From Camelus ferus (lineage: Eukaryota): a stretch of 64,000 bases of DNA. Position numbers and translations under genes: made by a program. The DNA lies in assembly GCF_009834535.1 (NCBI RefSeq), contig NC_045696.1, positions 46,316,001 to 46,380,000 of the forward strand. Direction: 5' to 3'. Positions 1-13,744 of this stretch are shown in pieces. The notes under the pieces are model-generated. The model had not been told where the DNA came from. It did not search any database and saw only the letters and a program-made list of their open reading frames with translations. Position 1 is the first letter of the stretch, and every line of letters begins with the position of its first letter.

Positions 1-731
1 GCTTGAGGCTTCCTGATCCTTTTATATCTTCAATCTCACCAGTCAAGACTTTATTAGAAATTTAACTAAAGCCACCTAGACTCTATCTAGCACACAGGTG
101 GTAAGATTCTTTATTCGAGACAGAATGAATCTAAATTTTATGTTAACAAAGAAGTGAAAAACATATTTTCCTAACATATTAAACATATCTTTTATATATA
201 ACAGTCTTATTGCTATTTACTAGCAATTAGAGTGTAATTTATTTTTTCTCATCCTGTTATAGGGTTATTTATAGCTCCTGGCAGTTAATTTAAATTACCA
301 GCATTTTAAATTTTTAAAAACTTCCTATTTAATAGGTGATTGGTGAGTGAAATGTATAGTTTATGATCTTCTCTCCAGTGTTCCATTCACCTTCCACAAA
401 TAACAATACCACTTATGACTGTTTTTTCCCCCAGTATCTCTCCAGTGCTTACAACAAAGTCTGAAGGGCCAGTATTTCTTGAATAAATTCTGAGCCAGGC
501 ACTGTATTTACTACTTTATTATAGTTAATCTCATTTGATCTGATTCATTAAATATTCTTCATTAAATTCTGTGGGGCCAATTAGAATTATTATCACAACC
601 TCATTTTATAAACTAAAAAACATAAAGTCTGAAAAACACTGAATGAATTTCTAAAATTTCAGAGAATCACTGGAAAAACTAACAGTAAAACTTAAAGTTG
701 TTTAGGCCCAGGGGTTTATAACTGTTTAGTT

Positions 732-785
732 CAGGGGTCAGCAAATTATAGCCAGAGGCCAAATCTGACCCACTGCCTATTTTAC
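732..785. mobile_element. MER58-like hAT-Charlie terminal fragment
   Basis: CAGGGGTCAGCAAATTATAGCCAGAGGCCAAATCTGACCCACTGCCTATTTTT resembles the MER58 terminus. Confidence 0.6.
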
Positions 786-890
786 TGAAACACAATTCAC
801 TGATTTACCACTCTGAAAGACAATCTGAAATAAGGAATATTACAAACTCTAAATTGTTATTTCCTAAACCTCAATAAAGAATAAAATTCT

Positions 891-929
891 ACACAACATT
901 GTAAATCAACTATACTTTAATTTTAAAAA
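891..929 (+). mobile_element. Very short 5'-truncated L1 3' terminus (artiodactyl type)
   Basis: ACACAACATTGTAAATCAACTATACTTTAAT plus A-rich tail, flanked by degenerate AAGAATAAA/AGGAATAAA direct repeats. Confidence 0.6.
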
Positions 930-2444
930 GGAATAAATGTGCTGAAAATATTTGGCGATCTTACATTGACAGTATGTTAATAAACTGTGTTCATATTTGT
1001 CAGATTATTCAGATCTTAAAACACTGAAACATGGACATTTACTAATTTATTTTTTAACTCTGTCTTGATGTTCAAGGACCATTTGCTTATAAGAATCAGG
1101 CTCACTGGAGAAAACTCAAGTGAAGACTGAATCCAAGGAAATTGCGGAATCCAAGGACAGGAGAAATCACTGAGTCTCATAGCTAGAAGGGACTAAGAAC
1201 TAGAAAGCTATCAGAGCCCATGGCCACTTACTTCTCCAGCTCTCCCTCTTCCCAAAACCATATTCTCCCTCTCAGTGCTCCCTGCCTGTTTAACAAACAG
1301 GCATGGCCCACAGTGAATGCCCCTAAGTGGTGGCATCAGTGGCTATATGACCTTATACATTTAGCTTCTGTGGCCATTAACAGTCTCTGGGTCAATTTCC
1401 TTGTTCAAGCATCTAATGCAGTATTGCTGAGGGAACAATGTGATATAAAGGTCTGTCTCTCCCCATGTTATGGAGGGTCAAATTGTCCAAGAAGCCTGCA
1501 TGGAGGAGAATAAATGATTGTCATCACTAACATGCTCTATTAAGGTGATTCCCTGAGCTAGGGATGGGTATCCATCCCTCGGATTGCACTATAACACTGT
1601 AATGAACTACTGTTACTCATAGGAGTATATCATGTCCCTTCGTTTTGCTTGTCTGGATAAAAGGTAGAAAACCATGCTCTAGTGTGATTTATAATAATGT
1701 ACTATATTAAAGAGAAAAGACTTTGTTATTTGCAGAAATATTCCATTTGGAACTAATGCAAACATATGATAAATGCAGTTCCTTAAAATATTTAGCTTGG
1801 TACATGTTTTTAAACAACTGATAATTAAATAGAGTCATTGAGATGATGATTTCATTCCTTCGATGTGCTGAAAATGTCACTTTTCCTCTTTGGCTTCTTA
1901 ATATAACCTATATATTTGCTTCCCTTCTGTGTATTTCTTATAATATTTACACTTAGCAAAATGGGAATACCAATAAGCACTACAATTTTATAGGCCTATC
2001 AAACAGCAGAATGCCTAGTCTATTGGTAGACTTTAATGATATTACCATGTCTCTGTCCCAGTACACCTTGTAGCAATTTTCCAGCACATTCTTAGGATTA
2101 CATTTACAATGCAGTATTAAGCCATTTGCAAACTCACATCAAAGGTCATAATGTTGACCTGCAAAATTAACAGTATACTTGTGCTGTTCATTCAGCAGCT
2201 AAGTACAATCTCCAATTATTTTATAATTGTTTTGATAAGTACAGTTTCTTTTGTACACGAAAATGATAATCTTTTCCCAGCTGAACTTAACAGTTAGATT
2301 TTTCTCCCTTGTGAAATAAAGACGTTTGTAAATTAGTTAACCCAGATTGGTAGTGTTTTCCTAGACCCCAATAAAATTCTAGTTTATTCTATGAGTGAGA
2401 CTGCGATTTTGGACTATGGAATTATCATGTGTCTTTGCATTATG

Positions 2445-3000
2445 TGACATTTGCTGAGTCCATACAATACTCAAAGCATTGTGCTAGAAATCTGGAGTAT
2501 GAAATGAGTAAGACAGTCACTGCCCTCAAAGAACTTCTATGTATCAGGGAGCAGCCACTAAACCATCTAAAGGTGATTGTGACACATGTTAGAATAGACT
2601 CGAGGGACGGACAAGTGCCATGGGAGAACAGAAAAAGACTCTATGAATTATTCTGGGAGTGAGAAAAGAAAAAAATGCATATGACGTGACCTTTGAGTTT
2701 GGCCTTGAAGAAAAATTCAGGCAAAAGAGAACAACATGAATATAGTGACCTGAGGCAAAATAATAAAATTAGCAGAAGGAATGTATCTAGGATGCGTGCA
2801 CTGCATTGGAGAAAGAGGTAAGAAAAAAGGCTGAATGACTGATAGGACCATGGTATAAAAAGCCTTGCAGGCCACTGTGTAACATTCAAATGGATCAAAA
2901 AGATAAGGGAAAACCATGGAAAGCTTTTAATTTGGGAATTTACAAAAGCATGGTTGTGTTTTAGAAAAATAACACCTGTGACAATGTGGAGACTGAACCA
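2445..3000 (-). mobile_element. L2 LINE 3' region
   Basis: Antisense L2 motifs: TTGCTGAG...CATTGTGCTAG...AAGACAGTCACTGCCCTCAAAGAACTT, later GGAAAACCATGGAAAGCTTTTAA. Confidence 0.7.
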
Positions 3001-3339
3001 ACTGCAGTGAATTCTATGAATATTCCTCCAGTATCAATCTGCTTCCCCTCATTCTGTGATAAAGATGTTTATCCATTTATTCCCCTAACTACTATCATGG
3101 GCCAAGAATAGTATTTTGAGTTATCATGACCAGGTATATAATACTACCATTGATTAACTAACGTTTAGTTCCTTTCAACTTTAAGAAACCCCAATATCCT
3201 TAGATTTCCTTGGCACTAAATTGACAAGTGTGACTTTCAGTAGTAGTTAGGCCTCATTACACCAAGTTTGCTTCTTGCCATTTGTAATTCTGCAATATGG
3301 AGGTGAATACCATTATTCAAATTATTTAAAAACTTTCAA

Positions 3340-3910
3340 AAAGAGAAAAAAACACAAATTACCAGTCTCAAAAATAAAAGAGGATATATCCCTACAAGTC
3401 TTATAGATATTAAGAAAATATAAGGAAAAATTATCAACAACTTTATGCCAATACTTCCAACAACTTACAGAAAATGAACAAATTGCTTGAGAGGTAGAAA
3501 TGACCAAACTTAACAGAATAAGAAACAGAAAATCTGAATCATCCCATGTCTATTAAATAACTAGAATACCATAATTTAAAAGTTTCTCACAAAGAAAACC
3601 CCAGGTCCAGATGGCTTCACAGGTGAATTATACTGAATATTTTTAAAAATACATACAAATTTACACAAAAGCTTTAAGAAAATAAAGTATGAGGAGGGGA
3701 TACTTCCCAACTCATTTTATGAAGACAGCATTACTATGATACCAAAACCAGAAAGAAACAGTACAACAAAACTCTAACCCAATATCCCTACAGACTCGTA
3801 AGTTCTTAACATCGTATTAGGAAGTTGAATCTAGCCATGAACAAAAAGGATATTATGTCATGACAAAGTGGGGCTTATCCCAAAAACATGTTTGATTTAA
3901 TATTCAAATT
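3340..3910 (+). mobile_element. Decayed L1 ORF2 fragment (start of RT region)
   Basis: CCAGGTCCAGATGGCTTCACAGGTGAATTATAC encodes PGPDGFTGELY (L1 ORF2 PGPDGFTxEFY); CTTCCCAACTCATTTTATGAA encodes LPNSFYE; reading frame broken. Confidence 0.9.
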
Positions 3911-4029
3911 ATTTCAAAACTTTAACAGTGAGATTTAGAATAATGTAAACCTTCAATAAGCATATGTGCAGTAAGTGATTGAAAAAGGGATGCAAATCCT
4001 CAAAACTGACGTCTTAATTTCTTTAGTTT

Positions 4030-4430
4030 AATAGACTAGGACATTCAGACGTATAGAGTGAAGGCTGTGCAACCCAAGCCCAAGAGAGTTTGTGCATGAC
4101 ATCGTCCCCCTCAAACCTCCCCACCTCCCACTCTCCCCACACACACCCCCACCCCTACCCCGGGCCACAGTAATTGGTTTATATGTGGCTTCAATCACAG
4201 TGAAGTCTAAGACTTCCATTTGTTAGTTGAGCAGAGAGAAGTTTCCTCTTACTCTGGAATCTGAGTCATTCATACATTATCTCTAGGACTGTTACAGTCA
4301 TTTTCTTACAAGAATGAAGCTGACATACCAAGAAAGCCAGGAAAAGAATGACAAAAATATAATAAGACGAAATCCAGATCAAAGCATTCACAAAGCCCTT
4401 TATGCATCCAAACATCTTCACAGAGGACAA
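4030..4430. mobile_element. Old MLT1-type (ERVL-MaLR) LTR
   Basis: GGCCACAGTAATTGGTT, GAATGAAGCTGACA and CCAGATCAAAGC resemble MLT1J/K motifs. Confidence 0.5.
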
Positions 4431-4499
4431 TTAATTGAATTCTTAATTGGCTGGAATATTTTTCATTAAGTTATTTAGAATAAAAATCTGAAAATACAG

Positions 4500-6050
4500 A
4501 TAAGCCCACTCTATTTCTATTACTTTTATATTTACCATAGAAATCTGACCATATTTAATTTACAAAATCTAAAATTATTCAATATTTGAATCACCCTCCT
4601 GAACAATAAAAGGTCTGTCTCTAGAACACTTTAATAATCCCTTACAATTTATAGCCATGTATTGGAGGTATATCTTTTTTTAGTTCCTTAAATTCTTTTT
4701 TTTTTTTTTACTGTGTTTGCCTAGATTTACCCATATTTTTACATTTTGTTTTATCACCTCTTCTTGAATCTCAGACCATTAATTTGGAATCACTTTCTTG
4801 CATCCTAAGCACATATTTTAGAATTTCCTTAGGTTAGGGGTTATTGATTGCAAACTCTCAGTTTTTGTTTGTCTAAAGTGTCTTCATTTTGACTTGGCTT
4901 TGAAATATTTGATGTATGTGAAATCTTCTCATTCTATCATTTATGTCTCAGTGTCTTTCCCTATTCTCTGCCTCTTTTTATCTCTGTACTACATCCTGCA
5001 GAATTTTCATTGCTATCTTCCAGTTCACCAATTATGACTTCTGCAGTGCCTAATCTGCTTTTAAACCAACCTATTGAATTTTGTTTCAGTTATTATCCTT
5101 TTCACTTCTAAAGTTTCTATGAGATTTATTTTCAAATTATATTGTTCATCTTTTACTCTTTTATTTCTTTACACATATTAAACACACTAATTGTGTTGAT
5201 AATTCAAATAGTTATAGCTTTTGTGAGTTTACTGATTCTGCTGGTTCTTGCTCATTGTAACTATGTTTCCTTGTGTATTTTCTGATTTCTGATGGATGAC
5301 CTAGTAATTTGGGGGATTTATATGTAAGACTTTTTGATGCCTGGATTGAAGACACCTTCTTCTGAGAGGATTTGTGTTTACTTTCTCCAAACCCTAGAAC
5401 ACTACTAACTTGGCATCACTTTAAACTTAATATTTACCTTCAAGTTTTCCAAACCCAGTGGACAGTGTAAATTCAGGCTGTAATCCTTAGGGGGTTGATT
5501 TGTGGACATGAATTCTGAGGAGAGAATTTTCCTCCTTCAACCAGCACAAAAGTTTAAACACTAGAATTTTCTTTGCAGTTCCTTTACAAAATGGGGAGTA
5601 GGGTGAATTTATTTCACTGTCACACTGAATAAGTACAAATTCACCATCAGTGTTTTGTTTACTTTCACAGAGTATTCTGCATTCTAGTGTAAAAGTCTCA
5701 AAATTAGATTCCACAATTTGAGCGAAGCTTGGAATTAGTCTTTTGTCTCTTGTGTTCCCAAGACGTGAAAAGTAAAATTCAAATTCAAAAGATTTGGCAA
5801 TTGCTCACAAAGTGAAAGACATTTTCAGTGGTCAAGTTCATGCTTTCACTTAGTTTTGACATCTATATTATTCCACACTCTCCTGCAACCTCACTAATAT
5901 ATTTAAACACAAGTTTCTTATTTTTAAAATCCAGGATGTTAGAGGTTTTGTTTGAGTTGTTTTTATTTTGTTTTGTTTTGTTTTTGTTTTATGGTGAGAA
6001 TGATGGTCTGGGTACCTAGGCTATCATGCTGTCAGATATGGAAATCCGCC
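4500..6050 (-). mobile_element. Ancient L1 (L1M/L1ME-type) fragments
   Basis: T-rich sequence with CAAACTCTCAGTTTTTGTTTGTCT and TCTTCCAGTTCACCAATT...TAATCTGCTTTTAAACC typical of antisense old L1. Confidence 0.6.
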
Positions 6051-6099
6051 TTACATGTCTTCTCTCATGTTATTCTATAAGCTAGAAGACCCTTTCCAC

Positions 6100-6864
6100 A
6101 CCTTGCCAGTTACAAATTTATCATCTAAGTTCCAAACTCACTCTTCATTGCCTGCTATGCAAAAATGCAGGTGGGCCTTTTAAATACTTTTTATTTGCCA
6201 GCTGACACACGCTAAACTTTGTCAGGAGAGGGCGGTGGGGAGACACTGTAGGATGAAAGGGTTTTCCTTCCAGTTCCCAGTCTGCTCCTTTGGCGATTTC
6301 TGCAGCATGTGCAGATTCTCCAGTACCAGGCTGCTACAGAACTCATAACTTCCCTAGTGCCTGGCTCCTGGAGTACACATGGCTTCCCAGACACCCACCT
6401 CCTGCAGTGTGGGTGACTTTGGCTTCATCAATACCAGGCTTCTGCAGCACAGGCAGTCTCTCCAGTACAGGACAGTCAGCAGCAAGGAGCCACCAGCAGC
6501 TTTCCCCAGCATCTATTTGGTTGGGTTGTTTCCCAGCAGAGTGCCTTCAGTGAGATACCTCTTTGGAAACAACTCCTCCCTGCATCCTAGAAGGTGTATA
6601 TCCAGGATTTCAGTCACAGCAACTTCTCTGTCATTTCTAGATCTCAGACCTGGGGTGGAGGAGAGAGCTCTTCCTTGGGTATATTGCTAGGGTTGGGTAG
6701 TGGCTAGTTCTTACATCTGCTATTTCTATATTCTTTAGAGCTCTCTTTACTTCTTCCTAGCCAATCCTGCCTTAATCAGATCCCCTATTTCTTTATATAA
6801 AACTTTCCTCTTCAATTCACAGTATGGTTTTTGTCTCCTGATTTAACCCTGATGGATGAATACA
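6100..6864 (+). mobile_element. ERVL solo LTR (LTR41-like)
   Basis: GC-richer block ending AAACTTTCC...GGTTTTTGTCTCCTGATTTAACCCTGA...ATACA, a typical ERVL LTR 3' end. Confidence 0.6.
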
Positions 6865-6935
6865 TCCTCATCTGGTAACTTCCTCTCTCTTCCTCAAGAG
6901 TCAGCTTAGCCATCAACATCATACTGGTTCAGGTA

Positions 6936-7018
6936 TATTAGAATGAATCTTACAAAATTGCTATTTTTGTAAGTCAAAAATAGTTGAATGTTGGCAATTT
7001 CAGTGGTTCAAACTAATA
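6936..7018. mobile_element. MADE2-like mariner MITE
   Basis: ~80 bp with terminal inverted repeats TATTAG...AAATTGC / GCAATTT...GGTTCAAACTAATA. Confidence 0.75.
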
Positions 7019-7399
7019 TTTTCTCTGTATTTTCCACTGCATACCTCTGCCAGCACTTATCCCACTAATTGAAAATATTTGTTAATATAATGTCATCTAC
7101 TATAAGAATGTACACTCTTGGGAACAATTTTTAATCTTTTATTCCTAATGCCTAAACACATAATCCAATTCACAGTAATTAATATATGCTCCAAAAAGAT
7201 GCTGTTAAACTAACTGAATACTTGCAAATCATTTAGTCTTTCTGATCTTCAATTTCTTCCTCTTCTTACTGGTATCATTAACACCTGCTCTATTTATTTC
7301 AAAAGTTCTTAAAATGGACTAAATGAATATTTGTTTCTATTTTCACAATATAACTAAAGGCAGATCATGCTACTAAATATGTTACTTCATGTGGGAAAA

Positions 7400-8450
7400 A
7401 ATGAAGAATTACTCTTTTAAAAAGATTTTATTTTTCAACTATTGTAATTAATTATAGAATTTAAAAAACACAGAAAGTATAAAGAAAATAAACAAACTCT
7501 TACTAACCAGAGATAAAACTTAACATTTTCATATAGTTTTCTAGTACTTTTTCCATGAATATTTTAAAAAACAAAATTGAGAAAAAACTATATGTATAGT
7601 TTTTCAGTCTGCTTTTTCCATTCAATGTAATGTTGTAAGAATATTCCTATGTCATAAATCCTCTTTTAAAAATATATTTTTATTGGCTATTATTCCATCA
7701 TATGAATAAACTGTCAAAAATGTATAACGTTATTTGGACACACGATATTTTAACTTCTTTGCAACTAAAAAAGTATTAAGATAAATATTCCCACAAATAT
7801 TTATGCACATCTCTGATTATTTCATTAAAAGAAATTAGTGGGAGGATGTACTAGATCAAAGCATACAAAATTTCTATGGTTTTTTGAAACTTGCCAAATT
7901 TCCTTCCAAAAACTATGCATTAATTTGCACTCTAACATGAGAATAGCATTTCAACACATATTCAAGCAAACAAAATGGTTTGAAAAAAAATTTAGTTGTT
8001 GAAAATACTATTTACTTTCACTTGTTACTTTTTATTTTTACTAATTGTGCATGTTTTCCTGTTTATTCCTTTTGATGCCAAGTATCTATTTATATGCACC
8101 CTGTTTTTTAAAGATTGGGATCAACCTATTTTACTTTTAATTTTTAAAACTTCCTTATATATTATGGCTCTCAACCAATTTTTCATGTATTTAAAATTTT
8201 TTTCATATCATTTTCATTTTAGTTATGATGTGTTTGTGAAATTAAAAATTTTTTACTGTATTTTAATTATGTATTGAATATGTAATCAATTTTCTTAGTG
8301 CTTCTTTTGTTGATTTATATTAAGAGGGTTCCTCCTCATCCTGACACCAGAGTCACCTCTATTCTATCCTTTCTTGTCCAGTCTTAGCTATTTTACTATT
8401 TCAGTTTTTAGTTCAGTTTTTAGTATCACATGTGGTAAAGTATGACACTT
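7400..8450 (-). mobile_element. Ancient L1ME-type 3' region
   Basis: Very AT-rich; TATTCCATCATATGAATA, TTATGCACATCTCTGATTATTTC and TTGCCAAATTTCCTTCCAAAA are antisense L1ME motifs. Confidence 0.6.
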
Positions 8451-8821
8451 TTTTCCCTAAAAATATAATAATATACTCATTATTTGATAATCTTAAACTT
8501 AACCCTAACATATTTGCAAAATCTGTAGACAATACCAAGCATTTTTGGCACGGGGGGAGGATTTGGAGGAATTGAGCTATGTGCTTTAAAAAATTAATAA
8601 TAAGCATGGATTTGCTTTATTTGTCTTATGATTGTCTTGATAAAAGTACACAGCATCCATAATGGCCTAGCCTTTTATTATTTACAGGTCTCTTATTTAT
8701 TATTTTTGTTAAAGAGATCATTCTCCTCATCATGTGAGGGAATCATGTCTGCTAAAGTGAAAGTTCCTAGCTTATAGATGGTAGGCATGTTAACAGTCAC
8801 TTGCCTTTTAAATGTGAAATA

Positions 8822-9052
8822 TATTTGACCCGAACAATGCGAGGTTTAGGGGCACCGACCCTCTACATAGTCAAAAATCTGCACATAACTTATAGTTGGT
8901 CTTCTGTATCTGTCGTTTCTCTGTATCTGTGGTTCTACACTCACAGATTAAACCAACAGGGGAATACGTAGCACTGTAATATTTACTACTGAAAAAACTG
9001 GCATATAAGTGGACTTGCACAGTTCAAATCCATATTGGTTAAGGGTCCGCTG
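8822..9052. mobile_element. MER8 (TcMar-Tigger) non-autonomous DNA transposon
   Basis: TTGACCCGAACAATG...AGGGGCACCGACCC...ATAAGTGGAC...GCACAGTTCAAA...AAGGGTCCGCTG then TA; ~230 bp with TIRs. Confidence 0.85.
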
Positions 9053-10114
9053 TACTGTCCTTACTGAAGGGGTGTGTGTGTTTTTTATGTTTGTGAAATG
9101 GCTGGCAGCAATGCCAGAGGAGCTGAAGGAAATATGTAGTAGCTTTACAAGGTGTTCCTCCCTACCCCATTCTTCTGGCTTCCAATACATTTCTACTTTC
9201 CTTGCTTGCCACAAGTCAGGTTGTGTTGTATAAGGACTAAGGATGTTTCTGGGGTGTTCCACTTAGGAAGGACACATACTTTCATGGAATGTGTTAAAAT
9301 TCCCCAGGAGGTTTTGAATACCACCTCTGCCCCTCACCCCTCCACACACTGGAGTTTGCTATTCATTTCTCACCAGCAACCCAAAATAATTATCCTCAAG
9401 GCTCCTTGAAAACACAGAATGGATCAAAGGTCTTATTGAAAACAACAAACTGCCACCCTGGCTAATTTGCTCAGAAAAAAGAACTTAAAAATTTTTCAAT
9501 AGCTTATGAAATGTCTAAGAGGCCTGGAGAATCAGGATTAGAGGCTATCCTGCCAGGCAGCGTGCCCTCAAATGTGCTGAAGAACCGGCTTCATGATGTG
9601 GCTGCCACTGCAGCTGCCACTACCCTATTACCAGGATGGATTCTGAGTAGTCCTTGCTTCTTCGCATCCTGACTTTGACTCAGAGTCCAGAGTGGGTCAA
9701 TCTGATTGGTGGAATTTATGACATAACTGCAAGGAAAGCTTGGAAAGTGATCTGCCAATATTTTCAGTGCCTAAGATGAGGGTTGTCCATCTTATGAGGA
9801 ACGGGCACAGATTCTCAGTAGACATAAAGAATGTCAAATGTCCATTTTCTAGACTGATGCAGATGAACACCTAGTGTTTTTATAAGAATCACTAGGTGAC
9901 CAGAGTTCTCAAAGGCACTGACAAGTTATTTCCATCTTAAGCCTCTTAGTTAACAAATATTTACTAATAGAAATCTACCATGTGAAAGGCATGATATAAT
10001 GTTTAAGAAATTCTTGCTGTCCTCATTAGACTACAATCGAGTTGCGGAAGCAAAACATATCAATAAGATTTTTAAAGGCTGACAAAACACAGGAGCAACG
10101 CAAAGTAGTGCATA

Positions 10115-10611
10115 ACTATTGTTCAAAGCAGAACCTGAAGGGAGGACATGGGTCAGGCAGTCTATTTTGGAGGTGGTCCCAGGAAGCAAAAGTGAGGGAG
10201 CAGGAAAAATGCACAAGAAAGAGAGGAAAAGTCAATATAATAGTGCCACTTAGAGGTCATTGTTGTAGACAATGGGGGCTCACTTCTGCTAGGATCTTTA
10301 AGAAGCATACAGAATAGAAATGTTCACAGCAGGTGAAAGTATTTACCCACTAGTTCCCACATCCTATTGATGCAGGCTTTTCCCCAGGAACGATAACTCT
10401 CCCACACTTCCAGGAGGGGCTCGTCCACAGCGTGAGTTCCCTTGTGTTGGAGGAAGCCCCGTAAGCAAGGGAACTTGAGGTAGATGAGCTGGGATGCCCA
10501 CTGAGTGACTCTCTGAAGTCTGAGCTTGCACAGACCCTTCTACTACAGCTGTAGCTGAAATCAGAGGTGAGTCAAAGGGAGGTGACAAGGGCACTAGAGG
10601 TGCTTGTTACA
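10115..10611 (-). mobile_element. LTR16-family ERVL LTR
   Basis: AAGCAGAACCTGA...TATTTTGGAGGTGGTCCCAGGAAGCA...GTGAGGGAG typical of antisense LTR16; ends in TACA. Confidence 0.65.
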
Positions 10612-11587
10612 ACTGTCAGCCTACAGATGCACTAAATAGGGGTGATGCCTTCAAATAAGCACAGGGTCACTACAGGCCTCAGTGTCTGGAGAGGCTTCCT
10701 TAAGGAGGCTGGACTCCAGCTGAGCCTGGGAAGAACTGATGGAATTTCTTATGCCAGAAATTTTGCAACACATCAGGATCTGGAGTTCTCCAAAGTCTGG
10801 TGTGTTAAAGGCGGCAGTTATCCATCCCAGTGCACTGCACCTCTGTGATTCAGTCTACTTTCTGTTTCTTGCAATGACGATACACTGAGATGATGGCATT
10901 TATGCATCTTTTAAATACTTGCCTGGGCTCTGACACCAAAAAACATTCCCTCAATTCAAGTGATTTTAGAGGACTGGAAATTCTGAGAAAGTTAATAGTG
11001 GTTATTTTAAAAGTCCTTATGTTAAAAAATACAGCCTATGATAATTTAACTTGATAATTCTGATAAAATAAGCTGTTACTACTGAGTAAAACAGATGACA
11101 TATTTTTCCCTCTGAATTGTCATAGCTTTGCTTATAGGGAATCCGTAAAACAAAAATAAAGAAATTTCTTTATATTTAGGAGCCAGCTGTTATGTCAAAG
11201 TATGTGTATTTTAAAAAGTGTTTATAATCTTAATGTAAAATGTGAGTCTTTCAAAAGAGATTTTTTCATTCATCCCATCTTCCTTATTGCTGTCGGTACA
11301 ATCTACTCATATTAGTAAAACTCCATTTCTCTTAAAATGTATTTGATACAGACTTTATCTAAACTCATCTTGCATACTCCCCAATGTGTTTTCAAACTTA
11401 CTAACAACTGATTTACAAATGCCCCTGGTGGAAGGATATTTGGTTATTTTCTTCCTTCTCTCACACTCACTCACTCGCACTCAAGTGTGGTTCCTTACTC
11501 CTCACTCCTCTTTTTCCCTCTGTGAACAATCTCATTATGAACAACTGCTAACCTGACCTAAGTTAACAAGACTACAGAAAGGCATAG

Positions 11588-11677
11588 TGGGGAGGGTGTA
11601 GCTCAGTGGTAGAGCATATGCTTAGCATGCAGACGGTTCTGGGCTCAATTCCCACTACCTCTATTAAAAAAAGAAAA
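11588..11677 (+). mobile_element. Vic-1-type camelid tRNA-derived SINE (short form)
   Basis: GGGGAGGGTGTAGCTCAGTGGTAGAGCATATGCTTAGCATGC...GGGCTCAATTCCCACTACCTCT plus A tail; TSD AAAGGCATAG at 11578-11587 and 11678-11687. Confidence 0.9.
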
Positions 11678-11874
11678 AAAGGCATAGAAATATGTATAAA
11701 AATCCCACACCCCCAAATCCCATTCATTCCCTCTTTTCCTCTGATCAGTGATGCCCTATGTAATTGCTCTGTGCTTTTCCCGCCCCCGCCTCCCATCACC
11801 TCAGATGACAGTCATCCCCACCTGAGACAACTGCTTACACTGAGGAGTCCCTTTAAAATGTCCTTATTGCACCT

Positions 11875-12025
11875 CTTGGGGAGTGATGGAAATGTTAGCT
11901 GTCTTGATTGTGGTGGTGGTTTCATTGGTGTACACATACATCTATCAAAATTCATCAAAGTGTACATCTGAAATAGGTGTAGTTTACTGTACAGGAACCA
12001 TGCCACAATAAAGGTGTTTAAGAAA
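11875..12025 (+). mobile_element. L1MB/L1MC-type 3' end
   Basis: GGGGAGTGATGGAAATGTT...TCTTGATTGTGGTGGTGGTT...AAAATTCATCAAAGTGTACA...CAATAAA. Confidence 0.8.
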
Positions 12026-13744
12026 ATATCTGAAAAGCAGGACCTCAAAGATGAAAGCAAAATTAAGGCAGGTATATTCTTTGCCAAGAAAACAAAGATA
12101 AAACTGGAAAAAATAAATAAATAATAAAATATCCTTCTTTACTTGACTTCCCCAACTTTTGACAATTTCCTCAGGAAAATGCCTACTTCTTTGTGCAATG
12201 AAATAAGATAATGTTCTTGAATGCAATTTGTAAACTACAAAGCAATAAATAAAGGCAGTTTATTATCATTTATGATCTCCCCAAATAACCCTAGTCAGAC
12301 CTGATGAGCAGTACCCATGATACAAGTTTCAAAAAAAAAGAAAATTCCGAAGTTTCATAAATAAGGTTTCCTTTCCTACTCCAAAATTATACATACTAAC
12401 AAAGGAATATAATATTCTATAAAAATGGAAAAAAAAGTGCCCTAAATCTGACCACCCAAAATTAGCCCATTTTTTTGCTGCTGTCTTTTTATCTATGCAT
12501 ATTTTCCTATAGGAGTGGTCATATTATATCTATAATTTTATAGCCTGCCCTTTCAGCTAACATCATAATATAAAAACTTTTAATGTTATTATATACCCCA
12601 TAACATCCTATACAAGTAATATTTTATTGAAATTTTACACAACAAAAATGCTTGTATCATTAAACTCTTAAAACTTTGAAAAGGTATTCGGAAGTTCCTT
12701 TTAAAAACATTCATAAATTTTTCTAGCTGTCCTCGCTAATTAAACTTGCCTTTACTCAAACTCGCTATTAAAAACAAATACATACACATTAAATAGGTTA
12801 ATCATATAGTATATAATTATATCTTAGTAAAACTGTTACTTAAAAAATTATAATAATAATAATAAATACAAAAATAAATACAAATCCATTTCCCCCAAAT
12901 GTGATTACATTTTTAATTACTTCATAGTGTGACAGGATGACTTACTGAGATATTAATTTGTGTTTTGGCCTATGCATTTTTCTCTGCCCTCAATCCCAAA
13001 TGTTAGTCTCAGTATTCTGTATTTCCTTTCTTCGGAGGTATTTGCATGACCAAGTAGAGGCTGCATGAACCACATTCTCCTTCCATCCTTGGATAAAAAT
13101 CTAAACTCATTAAAGAGTTTATGCAAAGTTTCTTAGAGGTGGACAGTAGAGAGGGAGGACCCTTTGAAAGTAGCAAGAGGGAAAATGGAGGGCTGTTCTC
13201 AACCCTGGGAGAAGTCAAGGGTACACAGGGAACAGAACCCTGGGGCAGGTGGCCCTGACCTGGGGTATCTGGCAGGGCCAGGTCCCAGGCACAGACATAA
13301 CCTGTCTCCCCCAACCTTGCCTTGCCCCAGCAGTGCACCCAAAGCATCATTCAGAACCCCTGAGACAAAGGTCCTTGTGGGCTGGCACAGGTTCCAGTGG
13401 AAACTAGTTTTGACTGTAGGGGCAACAGAACAGCTTCCCAGGAGCCTTGTGACTTCAAGAGAACCTGGCAATTTTGTATCAACCCCTGCAGGCATGGGGA
13501 GTCCCAGTAAGCACAGACTGAAGCCATCACCAGCCTGGAGGCCAATGATGCTGGCTCAGGTTTAAACTGGTTTATAGGACGGAAAGAAACACAATTGTTT
13601 TTAAGAGCATTCATATTCATCATACTAGTACTGCAACCATATAGATTGAAATTATTTTCTAAACATCACCTTATATATGATATTGCTAATCAATTTTTAA
13701 TGGAAGCCCTTTTTTCTCCCACAATGGAGCAATATTGCTGTATT

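Noticed and set aside
11588..11665. Functional tRNA gene
   Set aside because: Has an A tail, TSD and SINE body, with a mutated B box (GGCTCAATTCC); it is a SINE
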